A DNA stretch of 64,000 nucleotides from Candidatus Bathyarchaeia archaeon. Lineage in GTDB: Archaea; Thermoproteota; Bathyarchaeia; Bathyarchaeales; Bathycorpusculaceae. Of this stretch, positions 30,390 to 40,696 are shown piece after piece. Position numbers and translations under genes: made by a program. The stretch's first letter is position 1; every line of letters begins with the position of its first letter. The stretch covers positions 288,001 through 352,000 of the forward strand of contig JBEKKK010000001.1 in assembly GCA_050010755.1 (NCBI GenBank), written 5' to 3'. The notes below the pieces were generated by a model. The model made no database searches and had not been told where the DNA came from. It was given only the letters and a program-made list of their open reading frames with translations.

Positions 30390-31361
30390 TTGGCGGGGCT
30401 TCGTGATACTCTCGAAGTGAAAGGCCTGATCCTCAGAAACCGCATTGTTATGCCTCCGATGCAAACGGGAAGGGCCACGGTTGAAGGCGACGTCACTAAC
30501 AGGCTGCTAAGCTTCTACGTGCGGCGCGCAGCAGCCTTAGGCTTGTTGATCGTTGAGCATGCTTATGTTTCTCCGGTTGGAAAGTTGAGTCCAAAACAGT
30601 TGGGAATCTATCACGACAAATCGATCAGCGGGTTGGAAAAGCTTGCGAGCAAGGTTCACGCCTTAAGTACTCCTGTCGTCGTGCAGATTACGCATGCAGG
30701 AGGCGTTGCGAACAGCAAATTAATAGGGGGTAACCCTGTTGGTCCTTCCGCGACTGGAAAAACTCATGCACTGTCAGAAAGCGAGATTGAAGCCCTGGTA
30801 GAAGAGTTCGCAATGGCTGCCGACCGTGCAGTTAAAGCAGGCTTTGACGGAGTTGAACTTCACGGCGCGCATGGCTTCCTGCTTAACCAATTCTTTTCTC
30901 CACTGCTAAACAAACGCGCAGACGAATATGGCGGATCCTTGGATAACAGGATGCGTTTCCCCCTCATGGTGGTCAAAAAAGTTCGGGAAATTGTAGGCGG
31001 AAGACTTTTGCTCTACAGGCTGGGCGCGGATGATTTAGCCGCAAACGGCACTCACATAGAGGACTCGACCGTTTTTGCTGCGAGGCTTGAGCATGCCGGT
31101 GTCGACGTCATCGACGTATCGGGCGGCTTGTGCGGAAGCGAGCCTAAGCAGCTTAGAGACGTCAAAGGTTACTTTATCCCCCAAGCTTATGAGATAAAGA
31201 AGGCTGTCGAAGTTCCCGTTATCGGTGTTGGAGGAGTCACTGAGGCCGAGTATGCTGATAAACTGATTCGAGAAGGAAAGGTTGACCTGGTAGCCGTGGG
31301 CAGAGCGCTCTGGAAGGATTCCCAATGGGCTGAAAAAGCCGTTGAAACATTGAAAGCCTAA
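30390..31361 (+). CDS. NADH:flavin oxidoreductase (Old Yellow Enzyme family)
   Basis: LRNRIVMPPM, QITHAG, AGFDGVELHGAHGFLL and DEYGGSLDNR. Confidence 0.92.
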   Translation: MAGLRDTLEVKGLILRNRIVMPPMQTGRATVEGDVTNRLLSFYVRRAAALGLLIVEHAYVSPVGKLSPKQLGIYHDKSISGLEKLASKVHALSTPVVVQITHAGGVANSKLIGGNPVGPSATGKTHALSESEIEALVEEFAMAADRAVKAGFDGVELHGAHGFLLNQFFSPLLNKRADEYGGSLDNRMRFPLMVVKKVREIVGGRLLLYRLGADDLAANGTHIEDSTVFAARLEHAGVDVIDVSGGLCGSEPKQLRDVKGYFIPQAYEIKKAVEVPVIGVGGVTEAEYADKLIREGKVDLVAVGRALWKDSQWAEKAVETLKA

Positions 31362-31462
31362 CGACCCTGCAGAATACTCATCGAGATTCTAATGATACAG
31401 TGCACTGTCGAAAGAGGGCCAATGTATAAGAACAGCGCACGCGCTGCACGACCGTCCAAGTT

Positions 31463-31927
31463 CTATCCTGAAAGCACTTTGGCGACTTCTTGCGCCCAAT
31501 TCTTGGTTTTCTCCAGCTCTCCCGCTTTCAGTTGCATTGCATTCATCTTGCCCTCCACATAGGCGACGAGCGGAGGCGCGATCACCTCAAAACCCAGTTT
31601 CTTTAGTTTCTTTTCTATGCCTTCGGCCCCGTTACCACTCATCCTACCTTGAAGTTGCGTGTCAAAAGCAGCTCCCCGCTTTCCCGAAAACTCCTTATCG
31701 GAGAAACTGTTGAGGAACTGCATCATTCCACGCGACGCCCTAAAATACATCGTGGGAGAACCAACAATCAGACAATCGAAGTTCTTGACGGTTGCCCTGT
31801 CAACATCATTGACAAACAAGGAGTCAACCTCAATTCCTTTTTCCTTCAGGACTGCACCAATGGTTTCGGCGACGTTCGCCGTCACTTTCAAAGGGGAAAC
31901 AGTGTCATAAACGATCAGAACTTTCAT
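31463..31927 (-). CDS. Flavodoxin-like protein
   Basis: LIVYDT...TANVAE, IVGSPT and AAFDT. Confidence 0.85.
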   Translation of the reverse strand: MKVLIVYDTVSPLKVTANVAETIGAVLKEKGIEVDSLFVNDVDRATVKNFDCLIVGSPTMYFRASRGMMQFLNSFSDKEFSGKRGAAFDTQLQGRMSGNGAEGIEKKLKKLGFEVIAPPLVAYVEGKMNAMQLKAGELEKTKNWAQEVAKVLSG

Positions 31928-32162
31928 TCATTGATGCTCCATGCAATCTAGCGAGTTTAGCTTGTTTGTTACAGGTCTTTAAAGCTTTGCGTAAACGGGT
32001 GCAGCTGTTGACGCACGTTGATAAGAGAATAGACTTCGGGTTTTGATGAAAAAATGGAGTTTGCAGGACTCTTGAATTTAGCAAAAGAGTTCTCGCGTCT
32101 CCATGGCTGTGAGGTTTATAAGAACCGAAATTGAGAGGAACCTATGTCAAGAGAGATTTGCC

Positions 32163-32765
32163 TTGTCCAAGAAAGAACTGAACGTTGTGGCGTCAGAGGT
32201 CAGAATTTGCACGAAGTGTCCGCTCTGGGGGTCTCGCAAGAATGCGGTTCCTGGCGTTGGAAACCCTGAAGCTCGAACAATGCTCATCGGAGAAGCCCCA
32301 GGCAGATCAGAAGACGTCAAGGGTGAACCCTTCGTGGGGACGGCGGGCAAACTCCTCGACACACTCCTGTCACAAATCGGCCTTTCAAGAGAGCAAGTAT
32401 TCATAACAAACGTCGTGAAGTGCAGGCCGCCAAGAAACCGTCAGCCCAAACCACTGGAAGTCGAAACCTGCACGCCGTACTTGAACAGACAAATACTAGT
32501 CGTTCAGCCAGAGATCATCGTAACCCTCGGCAGCCACTCCACAGCCTACATTTTCTCAAAAACAACGCTGCCCTTCAGCAGCATAACACAAGTCCGCGGA
32601 AAACCGCGCAAGACAACCATTCTTGGCGTGCCGCGGACAATCTTTCCAACATACCATCCAGCATCAGCCCTCTACAACCAAGAAAACAAGAAAATACTGG
32701 AACAAGATTTTCAACTGTTAAAAACTGAGCTGCGAAAGACCCACTCAGACTTCAGCGATCGTTAA
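32163..32765 (+). CDS. udg: Uracil-DNA glycosylase family 4 (4Fe-4S)
   Basis: CTKCPL, IGEAPG, PFVG, NVVKCRPP and YHPA. Confidence 0.93.
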   Translation: MSKKELNVVASEVRICTKCPLWGSRKNAVPGVGNPEARTMLIGEAPGRSEDVKGEPFVGTAGKLLDTLLSQIGLSREQVFITNVVKCRPPRNRQPKPLEVETCTPYLNRQILVVQPEIIVTLGSHSTAYIFSKTTLPFSSITQVRGKPRKTTILGVPRTIFPTYHPASALYNQENKKILEQDFQLLKTELRKTHSDFSDR

Positions 32766-32933
32766 CCTCCAAAATGCGACGTACGACAGACTTCCGTAAA
32801 GTCTGCGCGCGCGCAAATTTTCTACAAAGCCGAATCTGACTCATGATACCCAAATGTCAGGGCGTTGCCCAGCTGAGCTCCCAGTCTCACGCGAAGCGCC
32901 AGCAGTAGTGGAAGATTTACCCAACGCACGCCA

Positions 32934-33704
32934 TTATGCGCTCACTTGTGGCGGCGGTCGAACGGGTCTGCCCAGTTTCTTGCGGAGCGCAATGCGATAC
33001 AGTTTTCGCAAGGATTTCACAAGCCGCTCGACGCTGGGTAACCCAGAGTATATTATGGGAATGCGATCATACTCGGCCAATCGTATTGAGTACTCGTCTG
33101 GCTGTGCACCGTGAAAGACGACCACGCGCGGTTTCAAGTTGCTTATGCGAACGATAAGCATAGGAGATATGCCGTCTTCTATGTTCGTGAATATCAACGC
33201 TCGCTCGGTGGTCGCCCCGAAAACCTGCGAAAACTCTGAGCCCGAAAGTGTTTCCACGGCTCTCTTGCTGTCGACGACCGTGTAACCGTTAACCTCCTTA
33301 ACATAAGAGTCCGCGCACCCTACAGTTTTGCCTTCTATGGCCTTGCAGAGGTACTCCACCCTGACTGGAATTGGGAACTCGCGGAGGTCCACGATAGCGT
33401 TGCTCGGCGAGCTCGTGAGCTTGGCGAACTCATGGATGAAACGCCCGCCCCTTTCCTCGTCTATTTTGAGCAGAGCCCACACGAACCTGCGCACGAATTT
33501 TGTGCCTGGACTCGGCCGTCTGCCGCTCTCATAATCGCTGATGACCGACGACGAAACCACCATCTTATCCGAAAGCCTCATCTGAGAAACTGCAAAGAGT
33601 TCACGCCACTTTCTCATGGTTGCCCCGGGCTTCGCCGATAGAATTATCTCTCCAGCAATTCTTCTCGCCAGAATAGAATCGCGCAGGCTCGGAGACGCGG
33701 CCAT
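32934..33704 (-). CDS. Archaeal XRE-family HTH transcriptional regulator with C-terminal DRTGG-like domain
   Basis: IAGEIILS, MRKWRELF, SVISDYESGRR and GATTERALIFT. Confidence 0.8.
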   Translation of the reverse strand: MAASPSLRDSILARRIAGEIILSAKPGATMRKWRELFAVSQMRLSDKMVVSSSVISDYESGRRPSPGTKFVRRFVWALLKIDEERGGRFIHEFAKLTSSPSNAIVDLREFPIPVRVEYLCKAIEGKTVGCADSYVKEVNGYTVVDSKRAVETLSGSEFSQVFGATTERALIFTNIEDGISPMLIVRISNLKPRVVVFHGAQPDEYSIRLAEYDRIPIIYSGLPSVERLVKSLRKLYRIALRKKLGRPVRPPPQVSA

Positions 33705-33787
33705 CTGAGCTCGACCCTTCCAATTCAGCACGTCCCGTAACTACGACGTGCCCTATAAAAACCTATGCACGCTAGCTGATGTAAGGG

Positions 33788-34681
33788 TTAGATTAGGAAT
33801 ATCATGAAAATTCCTGCAACAATCATCACGGAACCTAGGGCGATTTTGGCGTTGACCTTTTCATGCAACAGCAAAACTCCTGCAAGAGTAGAGAAGAGAG
33901 GCGTTGCTGACGATATGGGAACAGCGCGCGACTGCGGAGTGTTTATGAAGCTGTAGTTTAGGAGAAACCAGCCTAATCCAAGCGCCACAATTCCGCCGAC
34001 AAGCAACGTTACCACAGTTCGTTTGCTCATCTTCAAGAAACCCAGACTCTTGTCAACAAGCGAAGCAGCAAATGCCAAAGAAATAGCAATCGCAAAAACT
34101 CTGACAGCGTTGATAGCGAACGCATCGTCAAGATTCGGCGTTTCCTTCACGGCCAAGCCCATCATCGCTATGCTCACAGACCACAGCAAGGCCGTTACGA
34201 GAGCCAAGGCCAAACCCTTACGCAACACCTTCCTTTGCAGATCCAACGCTTCTCCCTTCTCTTCTAAGCTTAGCATCCACACTCCTAAAACAATAACAAC
34301 TGCTCCAAGGGCCACCGACCACGCGACGGATTCGCCCACGAAAAGCGCAGCCCACAAGAGATTGAAAAGTGGGTATGTACAAGTCACCGGCACCGCTCTT
34401 GCAACTCCAATCATTTTCAGGCTGACCATGTACAGAGTGTCCCCCAATCCTAGCCCGATTATTCCGCTGACACTGGCAAGAACGACCACGCTCATAGGAA
34501 GTCTAGTCAAAACTCCAATCAGCCCGACGGCAACCATGAAAACAAGTATCGCGACGCTGGTCAGAGTCAGGCGAACGATGTTGGCAGAAATAGGCTTCGC
34601 GTCAGATAATGCTTTTTTGTATAGCAGAGCCGAAATCGTCCAACTGACAGCAGCCCCCAGAGCAGCAAACTCGCCTATCAT
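33788..34681 (-). CDS. EamA/DMT family transporter
   Basis: 10 TM helices in two repeats; GDTLY, PLF and LLHEKV. Confidence 0.9.
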   Translation of the reverse strand: MIGEFAALGAAVSWTISALLYKKALSDAKPISANIVRLTLTSVAILVFMVAVGLIGVLTRLPMSVVVLASVSGIIGLGLGDTLYMVSLKMIGVARAVPVTCTYPLFNLLWAALFVGESVAWSVALGAVVIVLGVWMLSLEEKGEALDLQRKVLRKGLALALVTALLWSVSIAMMGLAVKETPNLDDAFAINAVRVFAIAISLAFAASLVDKSLGFLKMSKRTVVTLLVGGIVALGLGWFLLNYSFINTPQSRAVPISSATPLFSTLAGVLLLHEKVNAKIALGSVMIVAGIFMIFLI

Positions 34682-34763
34682 CTTTCATAGCCCCTAGTCA
34701 AAACTCTGGTTGAAGTTGTTAAATAGCTAACGCCCAGAATAGGCTTGAACGGTGCTTAAACCG

Positions 34764-35453
34764 ATGCAAATAGATGTCATTTGGAGCACAGAAGTGCTTT
34801 CGAAGTTTCCAGAACTTGCCATATGCATGGGAACAGTCAGCGGAGTCCACAATGAGAAAGAGAATGACCAGCTGCGCCAGCTTAAGAAAGTCGTGCACGA
34901 AGAGGTCAAGGCCAAATGCAACGTTGAAGCGTTGAAGAACAACCCGACTGTCAGAGCTTACCGAGACTTCTACTGGAAACTGGACATAGACCCTACTAAA
35001 ACTAGACCCTCAGGAGAGGCTCTGCTCCGCAGGGTTCTCAACGGAAATGAGTTGCCAAAAATATCCACGGTGGTCGACGCGTATAATTTGGCTTCGATGC
35101 AGACGATAGTTCCCATCAGCGGGTTCGACAGAGACCAACTGAACCCGCCGTTCCAAGTACGCTTTGCAAAGAACGAGATCTTCACCGGAATCGGAATGGA
35201 CAAACCGATAGTCCTCACCGAGAAAACGCTGGTCCTGACCGATGAAAAACAGGTCCTCTGCGTCTACCCGTACCGCGACTCTGATCACACAAAGATCACC
35301 CTGCGAACGCAGAAAACAGTAATAATCGGATACGGAGCCCCAGCGATAGGCCAAGAACAACTCAAGGCAGCCGTCGAAAAAACAATGGGGTACATCAAAC
35401 ACGTTTCTGGCGGGGAAATCGAAACGATTAGTGTTTTTGGAGGATTCATTTAG
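34764..35453 (+). CDS. B3/4 domain (PheRS-beta editing-like) protein
   Basis: RAYRDFYWKLDIDPTKTRPSGEALLRR, VDAYN and YPYRDS. Confidence 0.85.
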   Translation: MQIDVIWSTEVLSKFPELAICMGTVSGVHNEKENDQLRQLKKVVHEEVKAKCNVEALKNNPTVRAYRDFYWKLDIDPTKTRPSGEALLRRVLNGNELPKISTVVDAYNLASMQTIVPISGFDRDQLNPPFQVRFAKNEIFTGIGMDKPIVLTEKTLVLTDEKQVLCVYPYRDSDHTKITLRTQKTVIIGYGAPAIGQEQLKAAVEKTMGYIKHVSGGEIETISVFGGFI

Positions 35454-35500
35454 ACTGCATACATTCAGCAGGCCGCGCGCGCTAACACTTCCTAAGATCA

Positions 35501-35935
35501 TCAAGCTAGGTTGCTGCTGGAGTAGTACAAGAAGGGCAAAGCCAGCAGAATGGTGTTTCGCCCCCGCGCAGTGAGAGAGTACTTCACCCTTAAAGGTGGG
35601 CCTTGGTCCACTGTTCGCTTGATGTAACCGTAGCGGTCTAGACCCTTCAGTTTGTCGGATAATGTGCGAGAATTCACGCCCAGGATCTTCTTCATCTCGC
35701 CGAAACCCGTCGTCTCCCTCAGGAACAATATGAAGAGGATTTGAAGACTCCACTTCTGCGACAGCAAACTGAAGCTTTCCTCGAGACTCTTGATAGTCTC
35801 TCTCATATCCTCCAAGCCCAGCTTCTGGTTGCGAAATATCTCGTTGAGCGTTTCTTCTATGCCTTTGAGGTTGACTCTCATACGAGACTCAACTAGTCTT
35901 CGAAGTTCTTCACTCAGCACGGTTCGGGAGTTCAC
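35501..35935 (-). CDS. HxlR-family winged-helix regulator
   Basis: KWSLQIL, NSRTLSDKL and PLRVKYSLTARG. Confidence 0.88.
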   Translation of the reverse strand: MNSRTVLSEELRRLVESRMRVNLKGIEETLNEIFRNQKLGLEDMRETIKSLEESFSLLSQKWSLQILFILFLRETTGFGEMKKILGVNSRTLSDKLKGLDRYGYIKRTVDQGPPLRVKYSLTARGRNTILLALPFLYYSSSNLA

Positions 35936-36231
35936 GCTCGTACACCCAATGTGCGAATAGTTACTTCACGGTTTATAAAGTTTAACTTTTAAATCTAGTG
36001 TGCAAGACACACCAAACCAAGCTTGTACCACCGTTCCCGTTAGCTGGAAGAAGTCCCTAGCAAAATTATCACATGATGTTTGATATTGATTTGGTAACGG
36101 TTTTGGTCCTCACAGCGTTACCAGAGAGGGAAGAAAATCGGAAGATTAACAACTTCTTTCAGATTCTGAGAGTGAACTTGTTATCAAAAGAGTTTTTAGC
36201 CCTGCCTGCGAGTAGAAAGAGGTGTTTAAAC

Positions 36232-37023
36232 TTGTCCTTCGACACTAGAATGGCTGAGACAGAAAGGAAAAGAAAATCCAACATTGTGCTGGCCCTAGAC
36301 TTCCCGTTTGAAAAACCCGAAAACCGCAAAAACTTATTCTCCAAAGCAGAACAGCTCCTCGAAGAAGTGCATCCTTACCTCTGCGCGGTAAAATTTAACC
36401 ATCACCTCGTCCTTCCACTGGGGACGTTTGACGGCGTTCACAAACTCGTGAAAAAGGCCCACGACGAAGGATTGATGACGATAATGGACTGCAAGGTTAA
36501 CGACATCGGCTCGACAAACCAAGTCATTGCAGAATACTATTACGCTGCAGGATTCGACGCATTAATAGCGAACCCTTTCGTGGGGTGGGAAGAAGGATTG
36601 AAACCAATCTTCGACGTCGCTTCCGGACTGCATCGCGGCGTAATTCTGCTCATCTATATGAGTCACAAAGCAGCTGGCGAGGGATACGGACAAACGATAA
36701 TCGACCCTGAAACCGGAAAAAAACTTCCACAATACGTTTCATTCGCGAAAAAAGCCCTGAAATACGGTGCAGACGGAGCAATTGTAGGCGCCACGTTCCC
36801 TGAAAAAATAAGAGAAATACATGAGATACTCGACGAAAAAGTCCCAATATTTTCGCCCGGAATTGGAGCTCAAGGAGGAACAGCTCAAGCCGCCCTGATG
36901 GCAGGTGCAACCTACCTGATCGTGGGAAGAGAGATAACGCTGGCCCAAAGTCCTGCTGAGACAGCAAAGAAAACTAGGGACTCCGCAAACCTTGTCAAAC
37001 GGAATCCATCCACGCGTCTTTGA
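36232..37023 (+). CDS. pyrF: Orotidine 5'-phosphate decarboxylase
   Basis: LALD, DCKVNDIGST, SPGIGAQGG and IVGR. TTG at 36232 follows a GAGGTG SD. Confidence 0.92.
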   Translation: MSFDTRMAETERKRKSNIVLALDFPFEKPENRKNLFSKAEQLLEEVHPYLCAVKFNHHLVLPLGTFDGVHKLVKKAHDEGLMTIMDCKVNDIGSTNQVIAEYYYAAGFDALIANPFVGWEEGLKPIFDVASGLHRGVILLIYMSHKAAGEGYGQTIIDPETGKKLPQYVSFAKKALKYGADGAIVGATFPEKIREIHEILDEKVPIFSPGIGAQGGTAQAALMAGATYLIVGREITLAQSPAETAKKTRDSANLVKRNPSTRL

Positions 37024-37051
37024 TAATCATCTTAACTTGGGAGGTTAGGGT

Positions 37052-37705
37052 TCAGCCTGTTCTTTTCCGTGCCAAAATTATGTACCCTCTTACCCAGTTT
37101 TTATGATAGTAGCTCGTGAACATGTCTTCTTGAAAATGGATTATGCGGAATCCTTTCAGCAGGTTGAGGATCTCTCCCCGGGTGAAGTGATGACCGAAAT
37201 GGAGAACCGTTCCAGCTTCATCCTTTACTGTGAATGTTCCCTGCTCGCCCGTTTCTTTGATATCGTTTCTGTATCTCTGTGCATACACTGGGTTTTCCCA
37301 AGTTCTACCAAATTCTTCGACTAAAAAATGGCCATGCATCTTGAGAACCCTGCCAACTTCACTGACTATTCGTGACCTCTGAGGCTTCGAAGCTAGGGTG
37401 AGAACGCCTAGCATGGTGACCGCGTCACAGGAGGAATCTGGGAAGCACAGGTTTTCAGCGTCATTCAGTAGGAAACATGGTTCTTTCATTCTTCGCGATT
37501 TTTTCTCTTCCTGAGCCAATCTGACCTGGGTTCGATCGACATCGACGCCGATAACCTTGAAGCCGTTTTCATGCAAGAAAAAACAGGCTCTCCCGTAGCC
37601 ACAGCCAACATCCAAAACACTTTTTCTCGATTTATCTCTAAACGCGTCGATTAGCCTTGTTGGTAAAGGAATCGTGTAGGGTTTACTTACTCCGCAAAAT
37701 TTCAT
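37052..37705 (-). CDS. Class I SAM-dependent methyltransferase
   Basis: VLDVGCGYGR motif I. ATG at 37705 overlaps the upstream RHH stop (ATGA). Confidence 0.85.
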   Translation of the reverse strand: MKFCGVSKPYTIPLPTRLIDAFRDKSRKSVLDVGCGYGRACFFLHENGFKVIGVDVDRTQVRLAQEEKKSRRMKEPCFLLNDAENLCFPDSSCDAVTMLGVLTLASKPQRSRIVSEVGRVLKMHGHFLVEEFGRTWENPVYAQRYRNDIKETGEQGTFTVKDEAGTVLHFGHHFTRGEILNLLKGFRIIHFQEDMFTSYYHKNWVRGYIILARKRTG

Positions 37706-37854
37706 CTTCCACGTCTTTCCCAAAGCTCTTTCTTCAGCAAATCCCTCACTGAAGACCTGATTGCAGAACTCCTGCTCGGATACATGTTCGCTCTGACAAG
37801 CTCATCCAAACCCTCCAAATAAGCTTCCGGTAATAAGACGGTAACGAGTTTCAA
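37702..37854 (-). CDS. Ribbon-helix-helix (CopG/CdrS-like) protein, 50 aa, not in the ORF track
   Basis: Translated by hand: MKLVTVLLPEAYLEGLDELVRANMYPSRSSAIRSSVRDLLKKELWERRGR. TTG start with GGAGG upstream. Confidence 0.88.
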   Translation of the reverse strand: MKLVTVLLPEAYLEGLDELVRANMYPSRSSAIRSSVRDLLKKELWERRGR

Positions 37855-38083
37855 CCTACACCCTCCCTCAGCATGTCATGCATATAACATGAACGGAATA
37901 TAAGATTTGACCCAAGACCCAGACAATTCTTCGGCAAGATTGAGCGTCGAAACCAAACCGTTGACCACCGAATCCACAATCATAAAAAATCAATCCCGGG
38001 CACGCGCCCGCAAAAATTGAAATAGAACAGTCGTCGCCAGAAAGGTATAAAACAGTTGGGAGATTCTAGTGTGATGAAAAGAC

Positions 38084-38410
38084 ATGTTTCGCGTAAGAGT
38101 GAACAAGATCGAATCCATACGAGACATTGATGGTAACCTTGGAAAACGCATAGAGCTGATTGAAGATCGGCAGATACCGAACTTTGTGGTCAGACCGCAG
38201 ACCGAAGAAGCCAAGATGGTTCAGGACGTGATGCAGGCTTTGCAGCAGCAGATGCCGATGTTTCCGATGAGAACGGATGTGGCAATTCCAAAAATAATCT
38301 TGTTCTTAACCGAACAGGAGTACGAGAGATTGGGCATCGAGTTCGACGTGAACCAAGTCTACGAAATAACGCTCGAAAACCAGACGCTGAAGTTCATGAA
38401 AACTGCATGA
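38084..38410 (+). CDS. Arcadin-1-like protein
   Basis: Recalled similarity to arcadin-1: GNLGKRIELIE...EEAKMVQDVMQALQ...PKIILFLTEQEYERLG..FDVNQVYEI. Confidence 0.7.
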   Translation: MFRVRVNKIESIRDIDGNLGKRIELIEDRQIPNFVVRPQTEEAKMVQDVMQALQQQMPMFPMRTDVAIPKIILFLTEQEYERLGIEFDVNQVYEITLENQTLKFMKTA

Positions 38411-38723
38411 TCTCTTTTCTAACCCGCCTCAAGGCCTGGTGTTTTGGGTGGAAAGACAGCACGAACATCATGTTCCTTAACGCCTCGTAAACTTCATCCA
38501 TGCGAGACTGGCCGTCGTTGCTGCAATAGATCGGAATCGGTTCTTCGTCGCCTGTTTTGTAGTAGACGTAGATCGGGGTGAAATTCTTTTTGAACGTCTT
38601 TATTTCAAAGTTCAACTTCAGGAGGTTGGCCATTTTTTGCGCAGCCATGCTAACCGGCTTCATTCTTTTCTGACTAAAACAAGAAGCGTAGACAAACAAC
38701 TCTCCTACGGAACAATCCAACAT
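38394..38723 (-). CDS. Hypothetical protein
   Basis: 109-aa ORF (IYVYY, EPIPIYC, MMFVLSFHPKH), convergent with and overlapping the arcadin-1-like gene by 17 nt. Confidence 0.7.
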   Translation of the reverse strand: MLDCSVGELFVYASCFSQKRMKPVSMAAQKMANLLKLNFEIKTFKKNFTPIYVYYKTGDEEPIPIYCSNDGQSRMDEVYEALRNMMFVLSFHPKHQALRRVRKEIMQFS

Positions 38724-38838
38724 GGCTCACACCAAGAAAACAACGCCTTGCCGACAGCATTTAAAACAGGCCCTACAACAACATGTTTGCGCGGCGGAGA
38801 GAGATGAGTGAAAGTGAACGCTTGAGCAGGGAAAAACG

Positions 38839-39114
38839 ATGAAGGCCAAAGCACATGTATTCATAAGCGGTAGAGTTCAGGGAGTGTTTTTCAGATCTGA
38901 GACAAGACACGAGGCAGCAAAGCATGGCGTGAGCGGTTGGGTCCGTAACTTGCCAGACGACAGAGTTGAGGCTGTTTTTGAGGGTGAACAAGAAGACGTA
39001 AAGAAGCTTCTGGAATTCTGCAAGAATGGACCACCAGGGGCTGAAGTAACAGGAATAAACGTGACATGGAGAACTTATTCTGGAGAGTTCAGAGGGTTCG
39101 AAATCAGATACTAG
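38839..39114 (+). CDS. acyP: Acylphosphatase
   Basis: ISGRVQGVFFR, GWVRNLPD and GPPGA. Confidence 0.95.
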   Translation: MKAKAHVFISGRVQGVFFRSETRHEAAKHGVSGWVRNLPDDRVEAVFEGEQEDVKKLLEFCKNGPPGAEVTGINVTWRTYSGEFRGFEIRY

Positions 39115-39141
39115 AAAGCCCAGTGGTGGGAATCTGCGCGC

Positions 39142-39564
39142 TCAGGTTCTTTTTTTGGGCACCCTGAAGTGCGAAGCTTTTCCAGCGCTCACGTAGTCTC
39201 CGCCAGCACTGCGCACGACCGAAGCGATTTTTGAAAAGTTGTCTGAACCTAGGAATTGCCGCGGCTTTATCATTATGTAATCGTCCTTCTCCTCGAAGCT
39301 CAGCAGGTTCTCCAGATCCTCCGGAAACATCATTTTAACGTCTTCCATCACTTTCGATTTTTCTTGAGGCTGAGGTGCTCCAGGCACGGACTGAGACAAT
39401 GCTGGTGCCGGATGGGCCGTTATTGGCTGAGTTATCTGTGAAACAGCGAGAGACTTCAGGGATGCTGAAACCTGACGCAAATCATCCATGATACCGTTCA
39501 TAATCAAAACAAGCTCGTCTACTCTCTTGGTGAGGGCTTCAATTTTCTCTTTATCCGCGCTCAT
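39142..39564 (-). CDS. Hypothetical protein (N-terminal coiled coil, Pro-rich linker, small C-terminal domain)
   Basis: C-terminus IKPRQFLGSDNFSKIASVVRSAGGDYVSAGKASHFRVP. Confidence 0.7.
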   Translation of the reverse strand: MSADKEKIEALTKRVDELVLIMNGIMDDLRQVSASLKSLAVSQITQPITAHPAPALSQSVPGAPQPQEKSKVMEDVKMMFPEDLENLLSFEEKDDYIMIKPRQFLGSDNFSKIASVVRSAGGDYVSAGKASHFRVPKKRT

Positions 39565-39615
39565 ATGCCTTCTTCCTAATGAACCCTTAATACTCAACGC
39601 ATTTATTAATGGTTT

Positions 39616-40695
39616 TTGACTCTTCCAACAATCCCAAACCTGGAGCGAACCTCAACCTTGATAGAGATTGACGGGAGCGAAAAAAGCGGAAGCGGCACGA
39701 TCCTGAGAATGGCTGTCGCCCTGTGCGCAGTGATTGGTCAACCGTTGCACATTTACAACATCAGACAGAACCGTCCTCAACCAGGTTTGAAGCCTCAACA
39801 CCTTGAAGCCGTCCTCACAGCCGCCAAATTGTGCAATGCTGAATTGGAAGGAGCGAAAGCCGATTCACGTGAGCTATGGTTTAGACCCAAGGAAATAAGA
39901 GGAGGCAAGATTGAAGCAGAAATCGGCACTGCTGGAAGCATCCCAATGCTCCTGATGACTGTATTGCCCATGTGTGCCTACGCCGAAAACACGGTGCACC
40001 TACACATTTCAAAGGGCGGCACCGACGTTTCCCATTCACCATCCATAAACTACATGAAATTCGTTCTCTTGCCGACACTGCAACGCATGGGACTGAAAGC
40101 TGTTCTCACAGTTCACAAGTACGGCTATTATCCCAAAGGAAACGGCGAGGTAACAATAACCGTACAGCCCTGCAAACCTCTGACAGCTTTGACAATAGAG
40201 GCTTTCGGCAACGTCAAATCCATAAAAGGAATTTCAGTCTGCACGTTCCTTGCCGACCGAAAGGTTGCTGAACGTCAAGCGAAAGCCGCGAATGAGTACC
40301 TTGGCAAAAGAGGCTACAACGCTGATATTCAAGTAGTAAATGATTGCTCGAACTCACTGCAGAAGGGCAGCTCGATCGCCTTGTGGGCTGAATCTGACAC
40401 TGGAGCCATTCTAGGAGCAGACGCGATCGGCGAGCTAAGAAAAACAAGCGAAACAGTCGGTGCTGAAGCAGCCGAAAAGCTCTACACCGAAATCATCGCA
40501 AAGCCAACTGTTGACATACACCTGGCAGACATGCTTCTTCCATACATTGCTATGGCCCAAGGCAAGTCAACCTATCTAACACGCACTTTAACCGAACATC
40601 TGAGTACGAACATTGCGCTCGCAGAAAGGATATTGAAAGTGAAATTTGTGCTCGAAAATAAGCATGAACTATACAGACTGGAGAAAGTTGGTTGA
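39616..40695 (+). CDS. rtcA: RNA 3'-terminal phosphate cyclase
   Basis: IDGSEKSGSGTILR, NRPQPGLKPQH, GGTDV, GYYPKGNG, HLADML and TEHLSTN. Confidence 0.93.
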   Translation: MTLPTIPNLERTSTLIEIDGSEKSGSGTILRMAVALCAVIGQPLHIYNIRQNRPQPGLKPQHLEAVLTAAKLCNAELEGAKADSRELWFRPKEIRGGKIEAEIGTAGSIPMLLMTVLPMCAYAENTVHLHISKGGTDVSHSPSINYMKFVLLPTLQRMGLKAVLTVHKYGYYPKGNGEVTITVQPCKPLTALTIEAFGNVKSIKGISVCTFLADRKVAERQAKAANEYLGKRGYNADIQVVNDCSNSLQKGSSIALWAESDTGAILGADAIGELRKTSETVGAEAAEKLYTEIIAKPTVDIHLADMLLPYIAMAQGKSTYLTRTLTEHLSTNIALAERILKVKFVLENKHELYRLEKVG

Positions 40696-40696
40696 A

